Shown here one piece after another: positions 9,801 to 18,719 of a stretch of DNA of 64,000 nucleotides. A model generated the notes under the pieces. That model saw only the letters and a program-made list of their open reading frames with translations, was not told the DNA's origin and made no database searches. Made by a program: the position numbers and the translations under genes. Source of the DNA: Oligoflexia bacterium (GTDB lineage: Bacteria; Bdellovibrionota; UBA1018); NCBI GenBank assembly GCA_963758495.1, contig CAVWVI010000003.1, positions 1,536,001 to 1,600,000 on the forward strand, in the 5' to 3' direction. Every line of letters begins with the position of its first letter. Positions within the stretch are counted from its first letter, which is position 1.

Positions 9801-11056
9801 TTTCGATCGACGACATCACCGAGGGCAGAACTCTTGAGCGTACGATTGAACATGCTATGGGGCAAGAAAAAGTGGCGCGCCTCGAGGCCGAGCGCGCCAA
9901 CCAGAGCAAGGATGTTTTTCTCGCAACACTATCACACGAGCTACGCACTCCTTTGACTTCAATCCTCTCCTGGTCACAGCTTTTACAGCGCAGTCAAGTG
10001 AGTCCTGAAAAGGCCCGACACGGCTTGGAGATTATTGAACAGAACGCGCTTGCTCAAGAACAACTGATCAACGATTTATTGGATATTTCCAGAATCCAGT
10101 CTGGAAAACTATCCCTCACGTTAGTTGAAGTGAGTCCAGATGACATCGTACACGCAGCGATCGAGTCGCTTCGTCCTCGGGCTGAAAGTAAGAAAATCGT
10201 CATCCAAATGTTCAGCGACGTTAAAATCGGAAAGGTCAACGGGGATTCTGCAAGGTTACAGCAAGTGATTTGGAATCTGCTCACGAATGCGCTCAAATTC
10301 TCACCCGAGGGTAGCAAAGTCGAGGTTCATATCGCCAAGGTTCAAGAGCACGGTCACACATATGTGTCAATCCGTGTGGTCGATCATGGCAAAGGCATTG
10401 ATCTGGCTTTTCTGCCTGATATTTTTACTCGATTCAGTCAACAAGACAGCACGAGCACACGCATTCATGGTGGACTTGGGATTGGACTATCCCTTGTGCA
10501 TGATCTAGTTAAGGTTCACGGCGGAAGCGTTAAAGCAGAAAGTCAAGGATCGGGGCAAGGTGCGGTCTTTACTGTGCTTCTTCCTATGGTCCGCGAAGGA
10601 GAGCTACGAGCAGCCCTTCCGTTGGTGGGAAGCAATCAAACTGCCAAACCAGCACCGCCGGATCTTTCCGGCTTGCAGGTACTTATCGTTGATGACGAAC
10701 CTGGCTCATTGGAAGTATTTGCTGAAATCGTAAAATCCTTTGGTGGAAAACCGCTTCAATGTAGCTCAGTTCGCGATGCAATGACCCTGTTTGAAAAATT
10801 TCGACCTGACGTAGTCGTAAGTGATATCGCGATGCCTTTAGAGGATGGATACGCACTGATTCGGAAGATCCGCGCTCTTCCAAGCGAGAAGGGCGGACGC
10901 GTCCCAGCGATAGCACTGACTGCATATGCCGCACATCATGACATCGAGCGTGTCGTTGCAGCAGGATTTCAAGAGCATATGTCCAAACCAGTTGATAGTG
11001 AGAAATTTGGTTGTGCGATTGCGCGACTGGCTAAAGTTGGAGATGTACTGATTTAG
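6806..11056 (+). CDS. Second CheB-CheR-coiled coil-PAS-PAS-histidine kinase-receiver hybrid (start probably ATG 6806; the ORF track gives 6701)
   Basis: GASAGG, VQHL, SDGTQG; INVTEFFRD, GCATGEE, ICCRNLLIY; LSHELRTPL, NLLTNALKF, GGLGIGL; receiver IVDD..SDIAMP..KP; paralog of 598-4386 with an extra PAS-like segment. Confidence 0.95.
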   Translation: MAKLKKRNVNKSTSATKTPKSEPPSRKQFPIVGVGASAGGLEAIVQLLTHLPSNTGMALVVVQHLDPTHKSLSTEILSRKTRMPVAEISDGMKVEPNHVYVIPPNCNLAIINGVLSLMPRTEARGQAMSIDFFFESLAQEQKSKAIGIILSGTASDGTQGLETIKAEGGLTIAQDPASAKYDGMPRSAIASGAVDLVLTPGQIAEELVRFGHHPLLARQGKAKTPSFEGLAKVEGDSLTKIFALLRNQSHVDFTHYKHTTVKRRIARRMVLQKKKKLEDYVSYLQSNPQEVRDLFADILINVTEFFRDADIFAALKNQLLPEIIKNRAAGSPIRIWVIGCATGEEAYSVAIALLELLGDTAQKRAIQIFATDISEKAIQKARAGVYSESIRKNVSEERLKRFFVKTETGYKINKFIREMCLFSRHDVTSDPPFAKLDLICCRNLLIYFDSALQKRVLPLLNYALNPGGFLWLGALESVGDLSVLFKVIDKAKKFYLRGTAPVLPRVQFGASSYLLENLESTASKSSRKTPGLPDFQSKTEQVLISEYAPPGVVVNSNMEIILARGDTSPYFKLPMGQVSLNLFKMARPELVPDLRMVIQAAKKKNIRVKKEGLSILDGDRQRFLNISVIPIRIESKDRERHFWILFEQASELLQSSESPESPESKATYRRGKRPVRKTSDVKDRRIKEFERELAETKAYQQALAEDHEATQEEITSANEELQSTNEELQSTNEELETAKEELQSMNEELTTVNDELQNRNIDLMQVNNDLINLLGAVDFPIIMVGADGRIRRFTPTAGKLLNLRPSDVGRPIGDIRPDFEGPDLQTLVSDVMETITVKEQEVCSREGQWYRLQARPYKTIDNRIDGAVISLIDITLLKEHLTESQTALRYATAVADTLPHPLGVVDDQLHLLAVNPGLARLFEIMPSEVVGSDLIRILSGKGLNIPRLRKLLIEVISDNRSVKNFEIEHDFDTIGRRILLLNAQKIRWQDPLMPKAILLSIDDITEGRTLERTIEHAMGQEKVARLEAERANQSKDVFLATLSHELRTPLTSILSWSQLLQRSQVSPEKARHGLEIIEQNALAQEQLINDLLDISRIQSGKLSLTLVEVSPDDIVHAAIESLRPRAESKKIVIQMFSDVKIGKVNGDSARLQQVIWNLLTNALKFSPEGSKVEVHIAKVQEHGHTYVSIRVVDHGKGIDLAFLPDIFTRFSQQDSTSTRIHGGLGIGLSLVHDLVKVHGGSVKAESQGSGQGAVFTVLLPMVREGELRAALPLVGSNQTAKPAPPDLSGLQVLIVDDEPGSLEVFAEIVKSFGGKPLQCSSVRDAMTLFEKFRPDVVVSDIAMPLEDGYALIRKIRALPSEKGGRVPAIALTAYAAHHDIERVVAAGFQEHMSKPVDSEKFGCAIARLAKVGDVLI
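8939..9073 (+). repeat. Heptad repeat encoding an (EELQSTN)n coiled coil
   Basis: EEITSAN EELQSTN EELQSTN EELETAK EELQSMN EELTTVN DEL. Confidence 0.9.
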
Positions 11057-11152
11057 CGGGCAAACGGCATCGGTGCCTGTTCAAGCAATGTCGATTCGAG
11101 CAAATCTTGATCATTTCGGATTACCATCCTCCTTCTTTTTCAATAGATTGGA

Positions 11153-14100
11153 TCAATGGGATAAATAATATACCCAATTCTGGGGTAAGCGCAGAATCAA
11201 CTGAAAAGGCCGGAATCCGGCTGATGTTCTCTCGCTGGTAAATTCTACTTCGACCCTTCCGCCTCCCTCTTCTATCCATGTACGGACTGCATTCATTCCC
11301 ACTCCGCGACCTGAAATTTGTGTCACCTTTTCTGAGGTTGATATGCCGGTCTCAAAGATCAGCTCTGCGACTTGGTGATCCAATGCAGTTTCGGTACAGG
11401 TTCCCCTCTTTATCCCCTCGGCTTTCAAAGCGACAAGATTCAATCCTCGGCCATTATCCGAGAGAGAGATAGTAATCGGTGTTGGACCATCCCGTGAGTC
11501 TTTTATACTCAATCGAATGATGCCACCCTCTTTCTTCCCTTTCTCTTTTCTCTCAATCAGAGTTTCCAGTCCATGATCAACGGTGTTTCTTAAACAATGA
11601 GTAAACACTGCTTTCAAGACGCGCTCCCGCTCGAGTGCGAACAAGAATCGACTGCTGTCTTTCATCTGATCTTCAATCATAATTTCCGGCGAAGGCTTGC
11701 CCAAAGAGTTTGCCAGCTCAGGAATAGAATTTAGGACTTCGTGAAGGATCTCTTGAATGGGTGCGAAGTCAAGGGCCGCATACATTTGATCCCAAATTCG
11801 TACTTTGTCATCTCGAGTGAGAGAGGAGAGTCGCTGGGACTCCAGGATTTTCAATATGCGGGCACTGGCGCGTCCTTTGGCCGTATCGACAGGATTGGAC
11901 TTGACCCCAGCGGCCGCACCCAGCTGAGTCGTCGCCAACCGATGGTATTTCTCCAAAACCGACTGAACTGAATCTAGGTCTGAACCCAGTCGTTTCAAAT
12001 CAACGTTGGTCTTTTTGCCTTTTTTTAAATCAACCAGAAGTTCCTCGGCCTCATGAAGAGTGTCCACAGTATATGAAAGACCTAATATTCTGACATTTCC
12101 CTTGATTGTATGAATATTTCTAAAAAGATGATTTACTTTGTCTTCTGGTAAGGGTTGATCTGGATCAAGCTCCTGTATGATATTTCTATTCTCGTTAATG
12201 TAGCACGTAAACTCGTCATAGTTCCTCAGGAAACTTCCGACTCCGCAATCTAAGATCTGGCCGATCATTTCTAACTCGAGTTTCTGATCTTTAGCTTGAA
12301 TCTGTAAACGTCTAATTTCAGTCACATCCCTCACGCTCACTAGAATTTTCTCGATCTTCCCGTCTTCATCGATAATGGGCTTCCAGTCCAACTCCAGATT
12401 TTGATCATTTAAATGGGCTTTTCGTACAATCTGTTTAGGGAGGAGATGACTATTCAGTTCGAAATTTAATTCTGATTCGCCAAATAATAAAAATAAAACT
12501 CCCTCTATCTGACCTCGAGTATTCATGCTGATGGAGGGATGATTCAAAAGAAGTGGAAGCGACTCCTTTCCGGCAAGTTCTTTTTCATCCAAAATAATCT
12601 CCAAATAAGAAGAGTATTCTGGATGAATCTTAAAATCTTTTTGTATTGCAAATATCCCTTGTTGCAAGTTGCTTAACATCGCTTGAACGTCCCGAGTTTT
12701 CGATGCTAACTGGGAAGTCCTTTCCTTCACTTTTCTTTCGAGAGTTTCATAAATACGGGCGTTTTGTATGGAAACGGCAGCTTGAGAGACAAGAATATCG
12801 AGGGCGGTCAATCGCGCTTCTGTAAATGCACCAGCGACCGCGTTGTTTTCTAAGTAAAGAATGGCTAATAAATTCCCTTGATTTAAGCTGGGTAAGCAAA
12901 CAAGGGAGTGTACTTCGTTCTTTTTAAAATAGGAATCTGTTTTAAATCGTTCTTCCTTTGATGCGTCGACTACAATGAGTGGCGCCTTTTTGATCCGGAC
13001 TCGATCGATCAATGAAAACGGAGTTTCTTCGATATAAGCGCGAGAATGAAGTGTGAAGTTTCCTTTTGAATCTGGTAGAAGTAACCCGCCTTTTTCGGCG
13101 CCACTGACTTCCAAAACGATCTTCAATAGTTTGTCTGTGAGCTGAGTCAACACGACCTCGCTTGAAAGAGATCTTGCTGCCTTTAAGACTCCATAGAAAT
13201 CGAGATTTTGCTCAGTTGAGATCGTTCCGGTATTCCTCGTGCCGTCTATTGTGTGAGTCTGAGTGCTCATTGTTGTGTTCGATGGCGTGGCAAAGGCCCC
13301 TGTTTGACAATTGCTGTTCCCAATTTCTGGAAAAAAATTGCGATAACGTGCTTCTAAATAGCGCACACGTGCCCAGGCTTCCCAAGCGGTGTAAACTTTA
13401 TGTGCAGTTCGAATATAAAGTGCAGCTACTTCTGGATTATCGTAAGCCAGGAAATAGTCGCCGATCTTCTCGTTAATGAGAGCTTCAAAATAGTAATTTC
13501 CATCCCGCTTTGCTGATTCAAGCGCCCGCCGAAAAACGCGTGTCACTTCCTCCATGGGCTTACCTAGATAGAAACTGTATTCAGCTTCCAGAAAATGGGA
13601 GTAGTGATCGAAATTAGCAGGAAAAAAACTAGAAAGAGTTCGAAATTTTTCTCTAATTTCTTCTAGTCTATTCTTACATTCATCACTGAGCGGCAGTTTG
13701 TTTTTGTGTTGAGTAGCGATGAGAGCCAGAGCATAATAGAATTCTAATTTAAGCTCTGACATGCTCCCCGCTAACATGGACTTTGTCTTAAAGCACTGAA
13801 GAAGTTCGACCAAGGCCAAATCTGGAGAAGAAAAAAGGTAGTTGTATATACCGTTTTGAAGCCGCAATAAACTTTCCCCAAACTCATGATTTGCCTTTAT
13901 CGTTGCTTCTTTTGTTGATTCTAAGCGAGAAATGACCTTCGCCGCATCTTCATCAGAGGCTGTATATAATAATTCGAAGAGTCCAGATCTCGAATCAAAC
14001 AATGTGATTGCTGCCTGAAAACCGAGGGTCATGATACGGTTTCGATTGTCCAAGGCTTCCATGGCTTTTCCCAACGAACCATGTTGAGCTTTGACTTCCA

Positions 14101-17100
14101 CGTGATAGGATGCCGCCATAAGGGCAATGAATTCTTTTGCTTCGATGGCGAGTTCAAAAACCTTGGAACAATGGTGCTCTAATTCAGCTCCATCCATATT
14201 GAGAAAGCAACAAAAGGTAAGATGCAAAAAATAGGCGTAGACTGATTGTGCCTGATTGCGAGACTTCAAACTATCAATGAGAGACAGTCCAACCTCTTCG
14301 AGGTCGCGGACGATTCCATATTGTCCGAGGGTATTGAAGGCGATGGCTGTCGTGGCGAAACTTGCACTAGCAAAGTCAGTCAGTCCATACTTCAAAGTGA
14401 GTTGAGTGGCAGTCATTGCGCAAATTTTTGTGAGATTTGACTTTGCAGCAAGGTAGCTTGAACTTTGAAGTCTTGCAAGACCTGTGAGAATGAGCATGGC
14501 TCTCGGATCTTTATTGTCAGGCAGTTCTAAGATGGGTAGTAATCTTTTTCCCTGTTTTTGAATCTGATTCAGCATTTCTAGAGTAGTGACAGCTGTTTTT
14601 TTTACGTCGTCATCCGTTGTATCGACCTCAAAGTGAAGATGGAGAGCTTTAAGGCCTTCTAAAGATAACTCTACGGACTTATGGAAATTATATTCCAGGT
14701 TGGCTTGATCCGCCATAAGACCATAAGCTTCCGCTTTTTCTAAGTCGTTACGAGACCGCTCGAGCAGGATTTGACAAGATTCTCTGCTTTCTTTTTTTTC
14801 TCCTGCACGCAAAGAGATCTTGCTTAGCTCTAGGAAGAGGTTTCTCATTAAGTCGGGGTGGGACTGCCAGTATTCGTCTTCAAATAGAGAACGCGCTTGT
14901 GAAATGTACTGAAAAGCCTTCTTGAACGCAGAAGATTTACTGACATGAATCGCAGCACGAATGAGGCAGTCTCCGATTTTTAGCTTGGTTCGTCCTTTGG
15001 TCCTCAAAAAATCAGATCTTAGATAATGTTCTGCAATTGCAACCGAATCTTGATTTTCAATAGGAACTGAAGTGAGCAGTTCACCCAAATCAAAGTGAAT
15101 TTGTTTTCGAGTTTCTTCGGATTTTAGCTCGTATGAAACCTGTTGAAGGCGGTCATGCAGGAATTGAAATTCAATTCTGTATTTAGAATTGAAATGTCTG
15201 CTACTGATCAAATGTTGATAACTACCTCTTACTGGACGAATAATCTCTTGATTTACGGCCTTTTCAACCGCTGGAATGAGCTTGTCAGGATCGATTTTCA
15301 AAGCCTGTGCAATTGAATGAAAGTCAAATGTTGTACCAAAGGCTGCTCCAGCGTTGAGAAAGTCCTGAGTTTGAGGATCTAGATCGCGAAATTTGGTTAA
15401 CAGGAACTCGACTACATTTTGGCTCACTTGAAGTTGATCTAACTTATGCAGATCCACTATCCAGGCTCTCTGTTCTGGGCATCGCGTGAGTAACTGGTCT
15501 GCGTAAAGTTTCTTGAGGATTTGATGAACAAAGAACGGATTACCGCTGGATTTCTGAATGAGCTTTTGAGCCACAACATCAAGTGACGAACTTTGCCCAA
15601 GCGTATCTGACAAGAGTTCGTGAACTGCTGCTTCCTTCAAAGGCTGTAATTTAAAAACTCTTATAGTTCGGGTTAAGTTTTTGATGGCCAAGTTCAAAGG
15701 GTCACCTTTTTCAACGTCGCCGGAGCGATAGGCTCCAACTAACATGAACTTAGGAAAGGGTGCTTTTGCTAAATGCTCGATCAAATCAAGAGTTGTGAGG
15801 TCGGCCCATTGTAGATCATCAAGGAAAAGAATGAGAGATTTGTGCGTAGTGATTGTACGCAGAAGAGTGGTAAATGCCGCAAACAGTCTTCTGCTGCTAT
15901 CACTTGGGTTCAATGTGGCGGGCTTGGGCAATTCTCCCAAGTACACTGTCAACTCAGGCAAAACATCTGTAATTACGCCAACATCATTACCTAGATTTTC
16001 CCTGAGTTCATTCTTAATTTTGTCCAAAGTTTGAATGGAATCCCCGGTAAGAAAATCAAAAAAAGAAAGTAGCGCCTTCTTGAATCCAAAGAGCGGAATA
16101 GTAGATTGAAACTGGTCTATTTTCCCTTCTACTAAATAACCCCCCCTTTCTGAAACAGGTCGAATCAGCTCCCGAATTAAAGAGGACTTTCCGACACCCG
16201 AAGACCCTTCAATTAAGGTAAAGAAGCTATTTTCGGGTGCATCTATTTTCTGACAATTTTCAAAAATTTGAAGAAATTCACTTACCTCTTTTTCCCGTCC
16301 ATAAACCTTTTCAGGAATGATGAGATACTCTGAAAGATCTTCCTGACCTAATGGAAAAGTCCACGAGTTCTTGTCTTGAGAAACTGCCTTTTGTATTTTT
16401 TTCAGGTCGGAAACGAGGCCCCATGTGCTTTGGTACCGGTGGTCCGGATCCTTGGCGACTAACTTTTGAATGACTTCAACCAATGACTGTGGGGCATCGT
16501 TCCTCATTTGATGGATGTTGGGCAAAGGCTCTACCAAATGGGAATGCAGAAGCTCCATAATATCTGTTGAATTGAAAGGCCGAGTCCCCGTCAGAAGCTC
16601 AAAAAAGGTAATACCCAAAGAATAAAAATCCGCCCGATAGTCCAGACTACGATTGATGCGCCCGCTTTGTTCCGGGGCGAGATAATGCAAAGTACCTTCT
16701 AAATATTGGACAGGTTTAAGGTGTTGCACCTCCCTGTGAGTTAGGGAGGCAATAGAAAAATCGATAATCCAGACCTTGGAAAAATCAGGAAGGCTGATGA
16801 TATTGCTTGGGTTAATGTCTTTGTGAACTACGCCTTTGCTATGAATGCGTCCCAAGGATTCAGCCAAAAAAATGGCACAGTGTAGAAATACTCCAATCTT
16901 CATTGGCTCTGTCAGTAACTGCGTCAGAGATACTGCCCCGAGGTCCGGAAATAAAACCGATGGGTAGCCTTGGTAGAGGATTTTTCCTTGAGCTTGTAAG
17001 ATTCCTTCTGTAGGGCCGAGGTGGGCCAAGATTTCGGTTTCATGATGGAATCGAGCAATTTCGCTAGAGTCCGGATGTTCTTGGGGCAAAGACTTGATAA

Positions 17101-17191
17101 TCCAAGTTTTCTGAGTTTCCGTATCTAAGACTCGGAATACAGTAATTTTATTAGACTGATAGAGGGTAGTCCTTTGGCTCCATGTAGGCAT
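11153..17191 (-). CDS. Ser/Thr kinase-STAND/AAA ATPase-helical repeat-GAF-PAS-like-Hpt-CheA-type ATPase fusion
   Basis: Kinase HKDINPSNI, IDFSIAS, GTLHYLAPEQ, DFYSLG; Walker A GSSGVGKS, Walker B LFLDDLQWAD, GNPFF, FLHDRLQQ; GAF SLVCLP..LYLENN...FT; Hpt LFRNIHTIKG; CheA P4 HCLRNTVDHG, SDNGRG, IFETGIST, SGRGVGM. Confidence 0.9.
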   Translation of the reverse strand: MPTWSQRTTLYQSNKITVFRVLDTETQKTWIIKSLPQEHPDSSEIARFHHETEILAHLGPTEGILQAQGKILYQGYPSVLFPDLGAVSLTQLLTEPMKIGVFLHCAIFLAESLGRIHSKGVVHKDINPSNIISLPDFSKVWIIDFSIASLTHREVQHLKPVQYLEGTLHYLAPEQSGRINRSLDYRADFYSLGITFFELLTGTRPFNSTDIMELLHSHLVEPLPNIHQMRNDAPQSLVEVIQKLVAKDPDHRYQSTWGLVSDLKKIQKAVSQDKNSWTFPLGQEDLSEYLIIPEKVYGREKEVSEFLQIFENCQKIDAPENSFFTLIEGSSGVGKSSLIRELIRPVSERGGYLVEGKIDQFQSTIPLFGFKKALLSFFDFLTGDSIQTLDKIKNELRENLGNDVGVITDVLPELTVYLGELPKPATLNPSDSSRRLFAAFTTLLRTITTHKSLILFLDDLQWADLTTLDLIEHLAKAPFPKFMLVGAYRSGDVEKGDPLNLAIKNLTRTIRVFKLQPLKEAAVHELLSDTLGQSSSLDVVAQKLIQKSSGNPFFVHQILKKLYADQLLTRCPEQRAWIVDLHKLDQLQVSQNVVEFLLTKFRDLDPQTQDFLNAGAAFGTTFDFHSIAQALKIDPDKLIPAVEKAVNQEIIRPVRGSYQHLISSRHFNSKYRIEFQFLHDRLQQVSYELKSEETRKQIHFDLGELLTSVPIENQDSVAIAEHYLRSDFLRTKGRTKLKIGDCLIRAAIHVSKSSAFKKAFQYISQARSLFEDEYWQSHPDLMRNLFLELSKISLRAGEKKESRESCQILLERSRNDLEKAEAYGLMADQANLEYNFHKSVELSLEGLKALHLHFEVDTTDDDVKKTAVTTLEMLNQIQKQGKRLLPILELPDNKDPRAMLILTGLARLQSSSYLAAKSNLTKICAMTATQLTLKYGLTDFASASFATTAIAFNTLGQYGIVRDLEEVGLSLIDSLKSRNQAQSVYAYFLHLTFCCFLNMDGAELEHHCSKVFELAIEAKEFIALMAASYHVEVKAQHGSLGKAMEALDNRNRIMTLGFQAAITLFDSRSGLFELLYTASDEDAAKVISRLESTKEATIKANHEFGESLLRLQNGIYNYLFSSPDLALVELLQCFKTKSMLAGSMSELKLEFYYALALIATQHKNKLPLSDECKNRLEEIREKFRTLSSFFPANFDHYSHFLEAEYSFYLGKPMEEVTRVFRRALESAKRDGNYYFEALINEKIGDYFLAYDNPEVAALYIRTAHKVYTAWEAWARVRYLEARYRNFFPEIGNSNCQTGAFATPSNTTMSTQTHTIDGTRNTGTISTEQNLDFYGVLKAARSLSSEVVLTQLTDKLLKIVLEVSGAEKGGLLLPDSKGNFTLHSRAYIEETPFSLIDRVRIKKAPLIVVDASKEERFKTDSYFKKNEVHSLVCLPSLNQGNLLAILYLENNAVAGAFTEARLTALDILVSQAAVSIQNARIYETLERKVKERTSQLASKTRDVQAMLSNLQQGIFAIQKDFKIHPEYSSYLEIILDEKELAGKESLPLLLNHPSISMNTRGQIEGVLFLLFGESELNFELNSHLLPKQIVRKAHLNDQNLELDWKPIIDEDGKIEKILVSVRDVTEIRRLQIQAKDQKLELEMIGQILDCGVGSFLRNYDEFTCYINENRNIIQELDPDQPLPEDKVNHLFRNIHTIKGNVRILGLSYTVDTLHEAEELLVDLKKGKKTNVDLKRLGSDLDSVQSVLEKYHRLATTQLGAAAGVKSNPVDTAKGRASARILKILESQRLSSLTRDDKVRIWDQMYAALDFAPIQEILHEVLNSIPELANSLGKPSPEIMIEDQMKDSSRFLFALERERVLKAVFTHCLRNTVDHGLETLIERKEKGKKEGGIIRLSIKDSRDGPTPITISLSDNGRGLNLVALKAEGIKRGTCTETALDHQVAELIFETGISTSEKVTQISGRGVGMNAVRTWIEEGGGRVEVEFTSERTSAGFRPFQLILRLPQNWVYYLSH

Positions 17192-17266
17192 GGATATTCA
17201 TCGGCTTAAGCGCTTCAAAAAATGAGATTTCCAGTAGGTTGCTGTGGTGAGTGGTATTTTAGCTAA

Positions 17267-17986
17267 CTAAAAGACAATTCCTAAACCTATCGACGGATTC
17301 AAGGTCGTAGTTCTTCCTACAATCAAGAATCCTCCTAGACGAAAAAGAAAGTTGGAACGATTCCTACATTCAAATCCACCGCCTAGAACAGCAGCAACAC
17401 CACTCTGAGTAAAGGTACCATTGCCTAATCCTGATTGACTTGCGTTAATAAAATCGGCGCCTGCAGAAATAAAGCCACGAGCGTGGTCCTGGGTAAAATA
17501 GTAATTCATATAGACGGGGATTACTGTAATAGAGGCCTCGTAATTATTATGTGGCCACCACTGATAGGCATCCCAATAAGCAATGCCAGCGCCCAATGTA
17601 ATATGATCTGAAATAGCTCGATCAAAATCTAAACTATAGATTGAGGCGCGGCCAAAAACCTCCAGGGAAGCAGCATTGGGATGAGCACTTACAGGCTCTG
17701 TGGAATCGTCCTCCTTAGGCTCAAGCTGGTTTTGACCCATTACGGCGGGAGGTGCTGCTAAAGGTATTGCAATCCATGGCTCAGGACAACTGGCAACAGT
17801 GGGGTAATATGCTTTCGTACTTCCACAGTAATAATAGAAACCCATTGATCTACTTTCTTGTGAGGCTGGCGGTTGGGTGGGTGGTACGGGAGGAGGTAGC
17901 GCTTGAGAAGGATTTGTGGACTCCGCAATGGCCTGAGTTCCATAGAGGCAAATGAGTAGGCATAAAACTTTTTGAAATTTAGCCAT
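17267..17986 (-). CDS. Secreted or outer-membrane protein: Pro-rich segment, YYC-x4-YYP-x4-CP-x2-W module, small beta-barrel-like C-terminus
   Basis: Signal-peptide-like N-terminus (..TQAIA-E); YYYCGSTKAYYPTVASCPEPW; amphipathic strands ending in terminal F (IGLGIVF). Confidence 0.6.
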   Translation of the reverse strand: MAKFQKVLCLLICLYGTQAIAESTNPSQALPPPVPPTQPPASQESRSMGFYYYCGSTKAYYPTVASCPEPWIAIPLAAPPAVMGQNQLEPKEDDSTEPVSAHPNAASLEVFGRASIYSLDFDRAISDHITLGAGIAYWDAYQWWPHNNYEASITVIPVYMNYYFTQDHARGFISAGADFINASQSGLGNGTFTQSGVAAVLGGGFECRNRSNFLFRLGGFLIVGRTTTLNPSIGLGIVF

Positions 17987-18094
17987 AAGCAGCAGTCTCC
18001 AAGTTTATTCCGTTAAATCTGGGGTTTAAGAAAATGATAAAATGCTATCGGAAAAAATACAAACTTCATAATCGCGAAGCTCATAGGCAAACAA

Positions 18095-18571
18095 TCAGTT
18101 TGGTGGTTGTACGGAAATAGTGGTCCAGCCATTAGGACAATCTTTTATATTTGGATAATAGCCTTTTGATGCTTCGCAATAATAGGAGAATGCTTGTGAT
18201 TTTACCGGGGCTTGCATTCTTCCCTTCTCTGATGGGGGGGCCACTACTTTAGAAGATTCTCCACTCATCGTTGGTTTAGAGGAAGGATCAGGTATTGGAG
18301 CAGGCGGAGGAGGGGGTAAGCCGGCAGCTTGAAGGATATAAACAGGCTGTGCATTAGCTGGTGGATAAGGGTACACTGGAGCAGGATAAAAATACCAGGT
18401 CGGTCCAACTACCCACCACCAGCCTACTCGCCCAACGTAAGTACCGTGAAACCAATACCCAGTTTTCCAGCTTGGGCCATAGAAACCAGGAGAGTAAAAT
18501 CGGCCACGCCCGAATCGAGCTTCAGAAATTTTCGGATTAAGGGCTATTAAAAAAATGAATGCCAAAATCAT
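18095..18571 (-). CDS. Secreted Gly/Trp/Pro-rich protein with a C-terminal YYC-x4-YYP-x4-CP-x2-W module
   Basis: Signal peptide (..ISEA-R); GWWWVVGPTWYFYPAPVYPYP; YYCEASKGYYPNIKDCPNGW. Confidence 0.65.
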   Translation of the reverse strand: MILAFIFLIALNPKISEARFGRGRFYSPGFYGPSWKTGYWFHGTYVGRVGWWWVVGPTWYFYPAPVYPYPPANAQPVYILQAAGLPPPPPAPIPDPSSKPTMSGESSKVVAPPSEKGRMQAPVKSQAFSYYCEASKGYYPNIKDCPNGWTTISVQPPN

Positions 18572-18676
18572 ATAATCTGACTCAATTTAATAATAGTCAG
18601 TAAATTTAATATGTACAATTCCTTTTTGGAATTTCACAGCCGCGGTACTCTTTGGAAAGTCTTCGCGTCAAAACGG

Positions 18677-18704
18677 TGCTTGCCTCGACCAATATGGGCA
18701 AGCA
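18677..18704 (-). terminator. Possible hairpin terminator after tonB
   Basis: 8-bp stem TGCTTGCC/GGCAAGCA, followed on the minus strand by a weak CCGTTTTG tail. Confidence 0.35.
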
Positions 18705-18719
18705 GTACTTACTATTGTT

